Source: an uncultured archaeon (GTDB taxonomy: Archaea; Altiarchaeota; Altiarchaeia; IMC4; SCGC-AAA252-I15). From it: a DNA stretch of 64,000 nucleotides. Below are positions 28,495 through 37,534 of the stretch, piece by piece; positions within the stretch are counted from its first letter, which is position 1, and every line of letters starts with the position of its first letter. The stretch lies in NCBI GenBank assembly GCA_902384455.1, contig CABMCB010000071.1:128001-192000 (forward strand). Direction: 5' to 3'. Below the pieces are notes generated by a model. That model was not told the DNA's origin. It saw nothing but the letters and a program-made list of their open reading frames with translations, and ran no database searches. The translations under genes were made by a program, and so were the position numbers.

Positions 28495-29730
28495 TTATTT
28501 TTTTGTTATTTGTTTGTGTTTGTAGTCGAGGTATTCTAGTGTTTTTATTATTGTTTTGTTGATTGGGTTGTTCCATGTGAGTATTTCGTCTCTTAGTGTG
28601 TTGTAGTCTTGGTGTTGTAGTGTTCTGATTTTTTGTGGGGTTTGCAAGTCTGCGATTAGTAGTAGTAGCAGGAGGTATTTTTTTGGGTCGGTGTGGTCGA
28701 ATAGTTGGTACATTAGTTTTCCGGTTTCTTCTGATTGTGTGAAGAATGATCCTATTGGAGATTTTTTTACGTTTTGTTCGTATGTTTCGAGTTCTTTTTT
28801 GTTTTTTATGTGTTCTACGGTTGTTTTTCCTGCTGTGTCGCCGCAGATTATTGCGGGTAGAATTCCTTCAACAAAGGGTTTGAGGTTTTGGTCTGCGGCG
28901 TCTCCTGTGAGGATTACGTTGCCGTAAACCCACTTTTTGGCGATAGGCTGAGGGTTTACTTTGCCGCCTTTGTTTTCGATTTTGGTTGCGTTTTTGACTT
29001 GGTGTTTCATTTCCGGGATTTCAAGGAATTCTCGGAAGTAGTCTTCCATCGGTTTTTTGGGTTTAGCACACCCTACCCCTATGTTTGCTTTTGATTTACT
29101 TATAGGGAATACGTATGCGTAGCCTGTGTCTGTGAAGTCGCCTACGTATACTTGCTCGAAGTTTGGTGACGCCAGGTTTACGTTGTGCATTTCCCAAGAG
29201 TAGACTTCAGCTATGGTTCCCTCATGTTCGCGGTATTCCCCCAACAGGCGGAGTGTCGTCGAATCGTAGCCATCTGCACCAACGACGACTTTTGGTTCAA
29301 TGTGGATTGTTTTTCCTTCGGAGTTTAAAGTGGCTTTTTTGACTGTGTTGTTATGCCCGACTTCGAAGTCAATCAGGTGCGTGTTCAGCATCAGTTTTGC
29401 CCCAGCGTTTGTTGCTTGTGCAGCCACCCACTTGTCAAAGTGTTTCCTGTTTACGGTGCATCCCTTCCAAAGTATTCCGGTACGCCGTACGATTATGTCT
29501 TCAGCCCAGAATTCTATTCCAGCAGTATCCCAAATGAGTTGTTCCTGCGGAATTTTGAAGGGAAGAAACGGGAAGAAGCATTGTCCTATCCCTTCTGCGC
29601 AGTGCACTGGCGTCCCCAGTTTCGTTCTTTTGTCTACAAAGATAGTTTTGAGTCCGGCCAGAGCGCATGCTCTAGCTGCGGAGGAGCCGGCTGGTCCTGC
29701 GCCAACGACAAGTACGTCGCATTCCATCAA
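28495..29730 (-). CDS. geranylgeranyl reductase-family FAD oxidoreductase (divergent)
   Basis: DVLVVGAGPAGS, PVHCAEG, GADG, GYAYVFP, GDAADQNLKPFVEGI. Confidence 0.88.
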   Translation of the reverse strand: MMECDVLVVGAGPAGSSAARACALAGLKTIFVDKRTKLGTPVHCAEGIGQCFFPFLPFKIPQEQLIWDTAGIEFWAEDIIVRRTGILWKGCTVNRKHFDKWVAAQATNAGAKLMLNTHLIDFEVGHNNTVKKATLNSEGKTIHIEPKVVVGADGYDSTTLRLLGEYREHEGTIAEVYSWEMHNVNLASPNFEQVYVGDFTDTGYAYVFPISKSKANIGVGCAKPKKPMEDYFREFLEIPEMKHQVKNATKIENKGGKVNPQPIAKKWVYGNVILTGDAADQNLKPFVEGILPAIICGDTAGKTTVEHIKNKKELETYEQNVKKSPIGSFFTQSEETGKLMYQLFDHTDPKKYLLLLLLIADLQTPQKIRTLQHQDYNTLRDEILTWNNPINKTIIKTLEYLDYKHKQITKK

Positions 29731-29770
29731 TACACATTAGGTATTTAACTAAAATAAAAAATCAATATAC

Positions 29771-31000
29771 GTGAGGCAATTCTTAAGCGGGGCATGGAGT
29801 ACTCTCTTAGGCGATCGTCAATTGCTTCTACTGTGCATCTCCCTCTTTATCTTCTACTTGGGTGGCGGAGCCGTTCTACTTTTGGTCCCAATTCTTGCGG
29901 AAAAAACCGTCGGCCGGGTTGAGTTTGTCGGTCTAATCATGGCGGTTCCGGCGTTCATTTCACTACTCCTGTCAATTCCTGTCGGGAGTTTATCGGATAG
30001 TTTAGGTAGAAAGAACGTTCTTTTGGCCGGTTTTGCTTCTATGATACTGCCTGGTATATTCCTGTCTATCTCTAACGACGCCTTTCTTTTAGTGGTTGCT
30101 ATGGCGTTTTTAGGTTTAGGTTATGCGTTAATCACTACTTCTTCGCGAGCTTTTGTCATGGACTTTGCTCCACGGGATGGCGCCTCAAAATACTTTAGTT
30201 TTATCAACACAGCATCAAGTCTTGGTACAGCTATTGGACCCTTTCTAGGCGGAATCCTTTTGGTTGGCGGCTTACAGCAGGGTACCCTACTGATAGCATC
30301 TCTTTTTATATTTACTTGCGCCTTTGCAGGGGTAGTATCTCTATCCCTAAGGGAGACCGTGAAAGAAACTACGTCTGTTTCTAAGGGCTTAAAGTTGCTT
30401 AGCAAGGACGGGTTTTACTTTAGAGGATTTGCAGAATACGGTAAACTAAAGTCTATAGGGGGCGTAGTTTTTGGTCTGACCTTTATGTTGACTTTCCTTG
30501 ACCGAGCAGTCTGGACTTTTGAGCCACTGTACTATAATGAAGGAATGAATTCGTACACGGTGGGTCTTATCCTATCCATGTTTATTATTCCCTATATCCT
30601 CTTTGAGATTCCGGGCGGCTTTCTCGCCGATAAATACGGGAAATTTAAGACATTATTTTTAGGTCTATTGGTGGCTGGATTCTCGTTGATATTGTTCGGC
30701 TCAACAAATAGTCCAACTGTTTTGGTTGCGGCGGCTTTTCTATCTACGACTGGTTTGGCCCTTGCGTGGCCGTCAATAAGCGGGTTGCTGTCGGATGAAT
30801 CTGATTCGCATAATAGGGGTCAAATTGTGGGTGTCTGGAATTCATCTGAAAATTTGGGTTTCACGTTGAGTCCTATACTCGGTGGTTTAATCGCGGGCTA
30901 TTATCAAAGCATAAGTAAAGTGTTTACTTTAGTGGGCGTTCTGTTTCTTTTTGCGTGTATTGCGGTTGTTTTGTTCAAGAGGTCAAATAAAATTGTTTAA
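29771..31000 (+). CDS. MFS transporter
   Basis: 12 TM segments; GSLSDSLGRK and GFLADKYGK motif A. Confidence 0.9.
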   Translation: MRQFLSGAWSTLLGDRQLLLLCISLFIFYLGGGAVLLLVPILAEKTVGRVEFVGLIMAVPAFISLLLSIPVGSLSDSLGRKNVLLAGFASMILPGIFLSISNDAFLLVVAMAFLGLGYALITTSSRAFVMDFAPRDGASKYFSFINTASSLGTAIGPFLGGILLVGGLQQGTLLIASLFIFTCAFAGVVSLSLRETVKETTSVSKGLKLLSKDGFYFRGFAEYGKLKSIGGVVFGLTFMLTFLDRAVWTFEPLYYNEGMNSYTVGLILSMFIIPYILFEIPGGFLADKYGKFKTLFLGLLVAGFSLILFGSTNSPTVLVAAAFLSTTGLALAWPSISGLLSDESDSHNRGQIVGVWNSSENLGFTLSPILGGLIAGYYQSISKVFTLVGVLFLFACIAVVLFKRSNKIV

Positions 31001-31027
31001 TAACGTAGAGGCAAAACTCATTATATC

Positions 31028-32266
31028 GTGAGATTACTCGGTCTACAGGGTGTTCGGTCGGCAGTTCCTAAACCCCTTCTACTGGTTAGTCTTGCGGCTT
31101 TTTTCTATACTTTGGGTAACGGCGCTGTCTGGTTTGTTTTGCCGATTAAGGCAGAAGCTTTACTGAAAAACCTCATGTTAGTCGGCCTTATTGTTGCAGT
31201 CCCTAATGCAGTCTCTCTTATCTTCGATGCGTCTATCGGGGGGTATTCTGATAGGGTGGGGCGCAAGAAACTGTTTTTTGTAGGTCTTCTTGTTATGGTT
31301 TTTTTGGGTCTTCTTCTTCCGTCCATCTATTCGTTGCCGGCATTCATACTTTTCATGGTCGTGTTTGGCCTTGCTAACCAGTTAATTTTCATTTCTGGCA
31401 GGGCTTATTTGATGGATATTGCTCCTGCTGGCAAGACGTCTAGTTATTTTGGTGTTCAAGAAGCTGCCGCTCAAATTGGGTTTGCCATAGGGCCCGTAGT
31501 CGCCGGAGTCATAGTTGCAGATTCGTTGTCCATCGGAATCCAAAACACCGGTTTACTCTATGCCGCATTGTGTCTGGTGGCTCTGTTTTGCGTATTCCTA
31601 CTGAAAGAAACAGTGAAAACCAACGAATCCCCATTAATCGCAGTAAAGAACCTTATCGAAAAAGACAAAATTCTCCTACGCAGCATACTAGACTTCAAAC
31701 AACTTAAGTCAGCGGGCTTGTTAATTCTGGTGACGACTTTCGTAATAACCTCCGCAGACGGCCTAATTTGGGCTCTTGAGCCGCTCTACGCTAACCGAGG
31801 CGTTGATTCCGCGGCAGTGGGTGTGATTCTTTTCATGTTCGTCCTACCCTACATATTATTTAACGTGCCGTTAGGGCATTTTGCAGACAAGCACGGGAAA
31901 AAGAAACTAATAGTTCTCGGGCTCTTCCTCTCCGGCGTCTTCCTAATCCTCTTCGGCTACTCTGGAAGCGAGTTGACTATGATAGCAACCGCATTCATAG
32001 CCACAACAGGACTCGCCTGCATACGCCCTTCACTCGGCGGATTGCTCACTGATCTAGCCCAAAACAAACAAAAAGGCGGAGTAGTAGGCATATGGGACGC
32101 TGCAGAAGACCTAGGGTACATAATAGGTCCTCTTACTGGTGGAATAATAGCTGAATTCTATAAGGACATATCCATCCCATTCGTCTTTCTCGGCATCATA
32201 ATGCTCGCTCTAGGGGTCGTGACGTTAATTCTGCCGGCAATAAAAAGCAACACGTCAGTAGCCTAG
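31028..32266 (+). CDS. MFS transporter (paralog of preceding gene)
   Basis: GGYSDRVGRK, GHFADKHGKK; shares W..EPLY and GVW...E.LG segments with the upstream MFS. Confidence 0.9.
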   Translation: MRLLGLQGVRSAVPKPLLLVSLAAFFYTLGNGAVWFVLPIKAEALLKNLMLVGLIVAVPNAVSLIFDASIGGYSDRVGRKKLFFVGLLVMVFLGLLLPSIYSLPAFILFMVVFGLANQLIFISGRAYLMDIAPAGKTSSYFGVQEAAAQIGFAIGPVVAGVIVADSLSIGIQNTGLLYAALCLVALFCVFLLKETVKTNESPLIAVKNLIEKDKILLRSILDFKQLKSAGLLILVTTFVITSADGLIWALEPLYANRGVDSAAVGVILFMFVLPYILFNVPLGHFADKHGKKKLIVLGLFLSGVFLILFGYSGSELTMIATAFIATTGLACIRPSLGGLLTDLAQNKQKGGVVGIWDAAEDLGYIIGPLTGGIIAEFYKDISIPFVFLGIIMLALGVVTLILPAIKSNTSVA

Positions 32267-33526
32267 TGTCCGCTGTTTGGCTAGAAAAACGCAGTCGTCG
32301 TTTCCTGAGGCTAAGCAGTCTTTTTCAGTGACTTCCCAACGGGTTTTACTGCCCTCGTTGATTACGCCCTCTATTATGCCGGCCAGAAAGACGCAGAGTT
32401 TCAGGTCGATGTTGTTGACGCCTGAGGCATAGACGCTTTCGTCCATATGGATTAAAATGCGTTCAGGACTTCTCTCTTCAACTTTTGAAATGATTCCTGC
32501 CTTAAGATAAGTGAACAAGTTGCGCAAGTAATCCAGGCGTTCTTTTATGCTAAGTTCAATCAAGTCCGCTTCTTTAGCGATTCGTTTACCCGTAATAACC
32601 CCTGCGTGTTTGGATAGTACGTAGTGGCCGGGTGATGGAGAGCTCAGCATATAATTCAAGCACTGGTCTGCCGAAATATGGAAATACTCCTTATGGTTTA
32701 GGCGGTTCTCTTCATTGGTGATTATCCTCTCCAGTACATTATCCAAAATTGGGGAATACTCATCGGATTCCATAGTGGGGAGTTCACTGTCGACGTTTTT
32801 CTCTGACAGATGCAAGTTAAACTTACATGTCTTGTTTCCGCTATGCTGGCATTCTGTTTCGTTTCCACACCAGAAGCCGCTGAACATTACTTCGGCAGAA
32901 CCACATAATGTGCCTAATTCTACGTCACATAGTGGTCTGTTTGAGTGGACTATAGGCGTTATATACTTCACGGAATATTGAACGGTCCTGTTTTTTCTGT
33001 CGACTTTTGTTAAGTGGATGTCGCCGTATCCTTGACTCCTCCATATACCACAGTACGTGTCTTGTATCCTCTTGTTCTCGAATACAGTCCAAAAAATGCC
33101 AGAGTTACGTAGTGATTGAATAGCAGGTTCCAAATTCGTGGTTTTAAATGCTATTTCACTTGAGAAGTAACCCATCAATTTACCTATCTTATACAACTCC
33201 GTCGTCATATGCGGGCAAATGAACAACGTAGAGAACCTCCGTATTTCCATCAAATAAGGGTGCGCGGTGTTACCTAGTGTTCGCCTTATATGTATCTCTT
33301 CATTGGCGGGCAAACCAAAATCGCGTACAGCTTTAAAATTTTCGTATATGATTTTTCCTCCGTGTTCTTTTTCCCATAGGTAGTTTAGTTTGATTGGTGG
33401 GTATATTCCGTCTGAGCTGAGTTTGTTTCCGCATTGTGGGCAGTAGATGTAGTTTGGGTCTGGAATTTTGAATTCGCAGAGTTTGCAGTTGGCGTTTGCT
33501 TTAAGTTTGGTTTTAACGGCAGCCAT
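32255..33526 (-). CDS. zinc-ribbon plus tandem V4R (4-vinyl reductase) domain protein
   Basis: N-terminal CKLC...YCPQCG; two V4R-like units, LCDVELG..CG..E...ETEC...G...C.F and LCVFLAGIIEG...EKDCLASG..DC.F. Confidence 0.8.
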   Translation of the reverse strand: MAAVKTKLKANANCKLCEFKIPDPNYIYCPQCGNKLSSDGIYPPIKLNYLWEKEHGGKIIYENFKAVRDFGLPANEEIHIRRTLGNTAHPYLMEIRRFSTLFICPHMTTELYKIGKLMGYFSSEIAFKTTNLEPAIQSLRNSGIFWTVFENKRIQDTYCGIWRSQGYGDIHLTKVDRKNRTVQYSVKYITPIVHSNRPLCDVELGTLCGSAEVMFSGFWCGNETECQHSGNKTCKFNLHLSEKNVDSELPTMESDEYSPILDNVLERIITNEENRLNHKEYFHISADQCLNYMLSSPSPGHYVLSKHAGVITGKRIAKEADLIELSIKERLDYLRNLFTYLKAGIISKVEERSPERILIHMDESVYASGVNNIDLKLCVFLAGIIEGVINEGSKTRWEVTEKDCLASGNDDCVFLAKQRTLGY

Positions 33527-33716
33527 AAGTCAAAAATGTCCAATTATGTGCTCAACCATTCAATTTTGGAATTTATATGCGTATTCCCGCCTGCATGTTT
33601 ATAGTACCTTCGATTTATCCAGATGGACTAGTATTACTTGGCTGCAGTTGTTTCGTTCATGCTTTAATTTAAGTCTCGTTCAATTAGTCAATTGGGGTTT
33701 TTGGCCTGTCTTTAAA

Positions 33717-35246
33717 ATGAGTAAGTTTGTTTTTGTTGTTTTGGTTTTCCTGCTTTTTGTGGCAGGTTGTTTGAGTAATACGGAAACTTCGACGTCGAGT
33801 ACTGTGTTTGGTGAGGTATCTTCAACGGTGCCTTCTGTTTCGTCGACTGTAGTGATTGAGCAGTCGTCTACGTCTATTTTTGTTCAGACTACTACGACGG
33901 TTACGGTGCCGGTTGAGGCGGTGTTTCAGCTTAGGACTTATGGGGGGTTTATTAATCCGGCGCGCGCTAACAGGGAGTTGATTGTTAATTCGTCGACAGT
34001 TGTTTATCGCGTATTAAGTGCGGACGGCGTCCTGCAGGAAGAATACTTGAAAGCAGTCGACTTGGCCGTATATAATCGTCTGCTTACGTTGTTTTCGACT
34101 TCTGGTTTTGAATCAATGAAGGACGCTTACAGGCGGCAGGGCTCCAACGTCCCTGATGTGGGTACAACTGAAATAAGTTATATCCAAGACGGAAGGACAA
34201 AGACTGTCAAGTCCGGTCCTTTCCTCTCAAATGACACTGAACCGCAAGGGTTCATGGATTTGGCTGAAGCCCTAACCAGTTTGATGCCGGCTGAAACAGT
34301 AGTAGTCCCATCTGTAACCCTCAGTTACCAGCCTATGCAGTGTGTGGATACGCCGTGGGATGCGTGGTATGCTGAAGGGAAAATCCAGTTCATAAAGGAG
34401 CCGACGGACAAGCAGCTTGCAACCGCCTACTACGCCAACCAATACAACTTAACTCTCCTGGATTTCACCAGAAACGAAACAGGCCAAATAACGTGTATGG
34501 CGTGCGGAGTTTGCCCTACATCTTATTATTTTGAGGCTACGGTAAGCGGAGGCGACGAAGCCGTATTGCTTGCGTTAAACTGGACGAAGCATTTAGGTGC
34601 GGGAGAGTCAGCTGAAACGCCGTCAGTAGAGAAGCCGGAGGACTATAATCCTGCGGTAAATCCCAAAAATTTCTTGCCTAAAGTCACCGCGCAATTGTAT
34701 CCGATGCCTCCCGGAAGAACCCTAGTATACACTGGGACTTCTTTCGGACTTCAAATCCGCAAGGAAATTTCGGCAACAAACAACACAAAAACCATTTTAG
34801 GAGTAACTACGACGGAAGTTGTAACCCGCACATTCGTCTACAACACGACCGTAGCCGACGAAGTATTCCGGTACATCGCTCAGGATACGCAAAACAATGT
34901 GTGGTTGTTTGGCGAAGAGGTTAAGCAAGGAGGAAAATCGTCTTGGACTGCGGGGGTGGATGGCGCCAAACCTGGGTTAATAATACGCGGAAACCCGCGA
35001 GTAGGGCACTTCTGGCGGCAAGCCTACCTGAAAAACGTGATTGAAGACGTAACCGAAGTATTAAGCATAAACGAATACGTGAGCGTCCCGGGCGGAAGCT
35101 ACCACAAATGCGTTAAAACGCAGGAGTGGACGCCGCTGCAGCAGGACGTAAATCACTTCAACTACTACTGCCCAGGCGCAGGACCGGCATTACTGCAGAC
35201 AAACCAAGGCCAAGAATACCTTAAACTAAAAGAAATCATAAGGTGA
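33717..35246 (+). CDS. multidomain lipoprotein-like surface protein
   Basis: Start reassigned to ATG 33717 (MSKFVFVVLVFLLFVAGC lipobox); S/T linker; QCVDTPW..CMACGVCP; C-terminal YIAQD..NNVW.FGE..SWTAGVDGAKPG domain. Confidence 0.75.
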   Translation: MSKFVFVVLVFLLFVAGCLSNTETSTSSTVFGEVSSTVPSVSSTVVIEQSSTSIFVQTTTTVTVPVEAVFQLRTYGGFINPARANRELIVNSSTVVYRVLSADGVLQEEYLKAVDLAVYNRLLTLFSTSGFESMKDAYRRQGSNVPDVGTTEISYIQDGRTKTVKSGPFLSNDTEPQGFMDLAEALTSLMPAETVVVPSVTLSYQPMQCVDTPWDAWYAEGKIQFIKEPTDKQLATAYYANQYNLTLLDFTRNETGQITCMACGVCPTSYYFEATVSGGDEAVLLALNWTKHLGAGESAETPSVEKPEDYNPAVNPKNFLPKVTAQLYPMPPGRTLVYTGTSFGLQIRKEISATNNTKTILGVTTTEVVTRTFVYNTTVADEVFRYIAQDTQNNVWLFGEEVKQGGKSSWTAGVDGAKPGLIIRGNPRVGHFWRQAYLKNVIEDVTEVLSINEYVSVPGGSYHKCVKTQEWTPLQQDVNHFNYYCPGAGPALLQTNQGQEYLKLKEIIR

Positions 35247-35265
35247 GTGTCCAGGTAAGTTGTTC

Positions 35266-36999
35266 TTAGGCTATCAGTCTGAGCGAAAGCAGGTTCCAGC
35301 CTCCATAAAGTAGGTGGACAAGACTTTCTTGGCAACTGTAAGTGCAGCCTGATGTCCCTGAGTCATTCCATCCGTCAGGCAAACTGCACCTGTTACCGTC
35401 TCCTGAAGAAGCGCCCCAGTCGCTGGAATAAAAGTCTGAGTTAATATTTCCACAAGCTGTGTTTCCATTAAAAACAACATCCGAACCGCTAGCACTAATT
35501 CCCCTAAAGCCGTTCGAGTTCACAGTGTTGTTAACAACCGACACGCCATCAGAATTCAACACATAAATGCCCTGATCCCCGTCGTTCACGGTATTCCCAA
35601 CAACCAGGCCATCAGGAGACGACGTTAAATAAACTCCCATGTTCGAAGTAGCACTGACGTTGTTTTGCTCAACAGTATTGTTGCTGGAAAGATACTCATA
35701 TACCCCCCACCAGCCAAAATGGACTAAATTGTAGCTCAAATTGTTGTAGTTAGACTGCGTCAAAGAAATCCCCGCACGAGTGTTTGACACCAAAGTACCA
35801 TTAAGAACCCGATTACGCACAGAACTTCCAAAATAAAAACCATCATTATCATTCCCGTTAGCCGTCGGCCTCAAAAAGACGTTGTCTGCGCAGTAATCAA
35901 GGTTAAACCCGTGATAGTGGCTTGAAGACGTTACGTCCGTGATGTTAGCGCGGTTTGTGTTCAGCATCAAAACGCCGTTATTTTTTATTCCGCTCACGTT
36001 AGCGAGAGTAACGTTTCTGACTACGGCGTCGTCCGCCTGACAAAGAATAAGCTCCGAAACAACCTCATCGCTAACGGTCTCGGCTGAATTCACGAAACGA
36101 ATCGGGAGGCCCCCTGTTCCAGTGTTTCCTGTGACTACGCTGTTGCATGTAGTTCCTATAGTGCCGCCTAAATCGTACCTCCCGTTGTATAACATGGTGT
36201 TGTCGCTTATGATGGTGGGCGCATCCCAAAGGTAGACTCCATCCCACAAGTTAGAATTAAAAATGCTGCCTTCAACCCGGTTGTTGTTGGAACGTAAAAA
36301 GTAAATTCCGTAGTAATTGTCGGACGAGTTCACGTCGGTGAAATTTGAGTCATCAGTAACAAACACATCAATTCCATTATTATCTAAACTACTGGACCCT
36401 ACGACAGTCACATTCACCACGCTGGAATTATCTGCAGCACACAAAACAAGCTGCGACGCCACTGCATTAGCCAAACTAAACGAAGAATTATAGACTAATA
36501 TAGGCCTCCCTTCCGGCCCCATATTATTCTCCATTACGAACATGCACTGTTCCTTGCCGTCTGCCCATACCCTCAAGTCATACCGATTATTCTCTACTAG
36601 AGTGTTGTTTCTTACAATAAAACCTCTGGGGAAATACAAATTAAGTCCGTTCCAGAAATTGGTCACTTCGCAGTTCTGTATGGTAACATTCTCTTTCGCG
36701 TATGCGTATACTCCATGGTATTGGCCGCTGCCGTTTATCCAATGGTTCATGCAATCGAAAACTTTGTTGTTGAAATTATCCGGGTTATTAATGCACGAAC
36801 TGGTGGGGCTTGAAACGTCAGAACTCAACCTGACCGTTGTGCAGTTCTCATTATCATTTAAGGCGCTGTTGCAGTCCGAGCAGTTTCCGCAGTCGCACAC
36901 GCCTCCTCCGATGACGTCGTACGCGGAAACTCCCGCAGAAAAGCACGCAAACACAATCAATCCAAGAATTATCGCAAAACGCATGTCCACGAAAAACAT
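35266..36999 (-). CDS. secreted right-handed beta-helix (NosD-like) protein
   Basis: Signal peptide, FDCMNHWING, Asn-rich rungs, C-terminal WND.G..GC...C and GWNLLSL. Confidence 0.85.
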   Translation of the reverse strand: MFFVDMRFAIILGLIVFACFSAGVSAYDVIGGGVCDCGNCSDCNSALNDNENCTTVRLSSDVSSPTSSCINNPDNFNNKVFDCMNHWINGSGQYHGVYAYAKENVTIQNCEVTNFWNGLNLYFPRGFIVRNNTLVENNRYDLRVWADGKEQCMFVMENNMGPEGRPILVYNSSFSLANAVASQLVLCAADNSSVVNVTVVGSSSLDNNGIDVFVTDDSNFTDVNSSDNYYGIYFLRSNNNRVEGSIFNSNLWDGVYLWDAPTIISDNTMLYNGRYDLGGTIGTTCNSVVTGNTGTGGLPIRFVNSAETVSDEVVSELILCQADDAVVRNVTLANVSGIKNNGVLMLNTNRANITDVTSSSHYHGFNLDYCADNVFLRPTANGNDNDGFYFGSSVRNRVLNGTLVSNTRAGISLTQSNYNNLSYNLVHFGWWGVYEYLSSNNTVEQNNVSATSNMGVYLTSSPDGLVVGNTVNDGDQGIYVLNSDGVSVVNNTVNSNGFRGISASGSDVVFNGNTACGNINSDFYSSDWGASSGDGNRCSLPDGWNDSGTSGCTYSCQESLVHLLYGGWNLLSLRLIA

Positions 37000-37033
37000 T
37001 GAACACTAAGCATAAAAACTGCCGAAATACTTT

Positions 37034-37426
37034 TTACTTCTTGAAGTCCAAAGCCGAACTTAAAACGCAGTACCTGCGTCCGCCTTCAGGATGGGAATCT
37101 CCGCACTCTCTTCCGTCGTCAAAGGCGTGCCCTAAATGCAGTCCGCATTTGGCGCAAACAATCTCGGAGCGAATCATTCCGTATGAAAAATCCTGCTTCT
37201 CCTTTATGGCCCCTTCAATCGGCTTCCTGAAGCTGGGCCACTTAGTTCCGCTCTTGAATTTAGCGCCGCTATCAAACAACCGTGCGCCGCAGAGCGGGCA
37301 AGCGTAAACGCCCTTCTCCCATAAATTAGTGTACTCCTCCTTCATTGAACGGCCGCGCCTTTCCATTATTTCCTTTCTTATGGGCTCTTCGGCCTCCTCT
37401 GGAGGAGTTTCCTCCCACGAGACCAT
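37034..37426 (-). CDS. msrB: peptide methionine sulfoxide reductase B
   Basis: CPLCG..LF.S..KF.SG..WPSF, C..CG.HLGH.F.DG, RYCV.S. Confidence 0.92.
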   Translation of the reverse strand: MVSWEETPPEEAEEPIRKEIMERRGRSMKEEYTNLWEKGVYACPLCGARLFDSGAKFKSGTKWPSFRKPIEGAIKEKQDFSYGMIRSEIVCAKCGLHLGHAFDDGRECGDSHPEGGRRYCVLSSALDFKK

Positions 37427-37534
37427 TTGTTTCCCTTCTTCCCTCTCAGTAATTGTATTGTGCAGACGAGTATAAAAAGTTAACTATTGTGAAGAAAGGG
37501 TCGGGAAAGCAAAAAAGAGTAATTAAAAATCAAA

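Noticed and set aside
37034-37426. Possible selenocysteine in MsrB
   Set aside because: The catalytic position is an ordinary Cys (RYCV) and there is no in-frame TGA.
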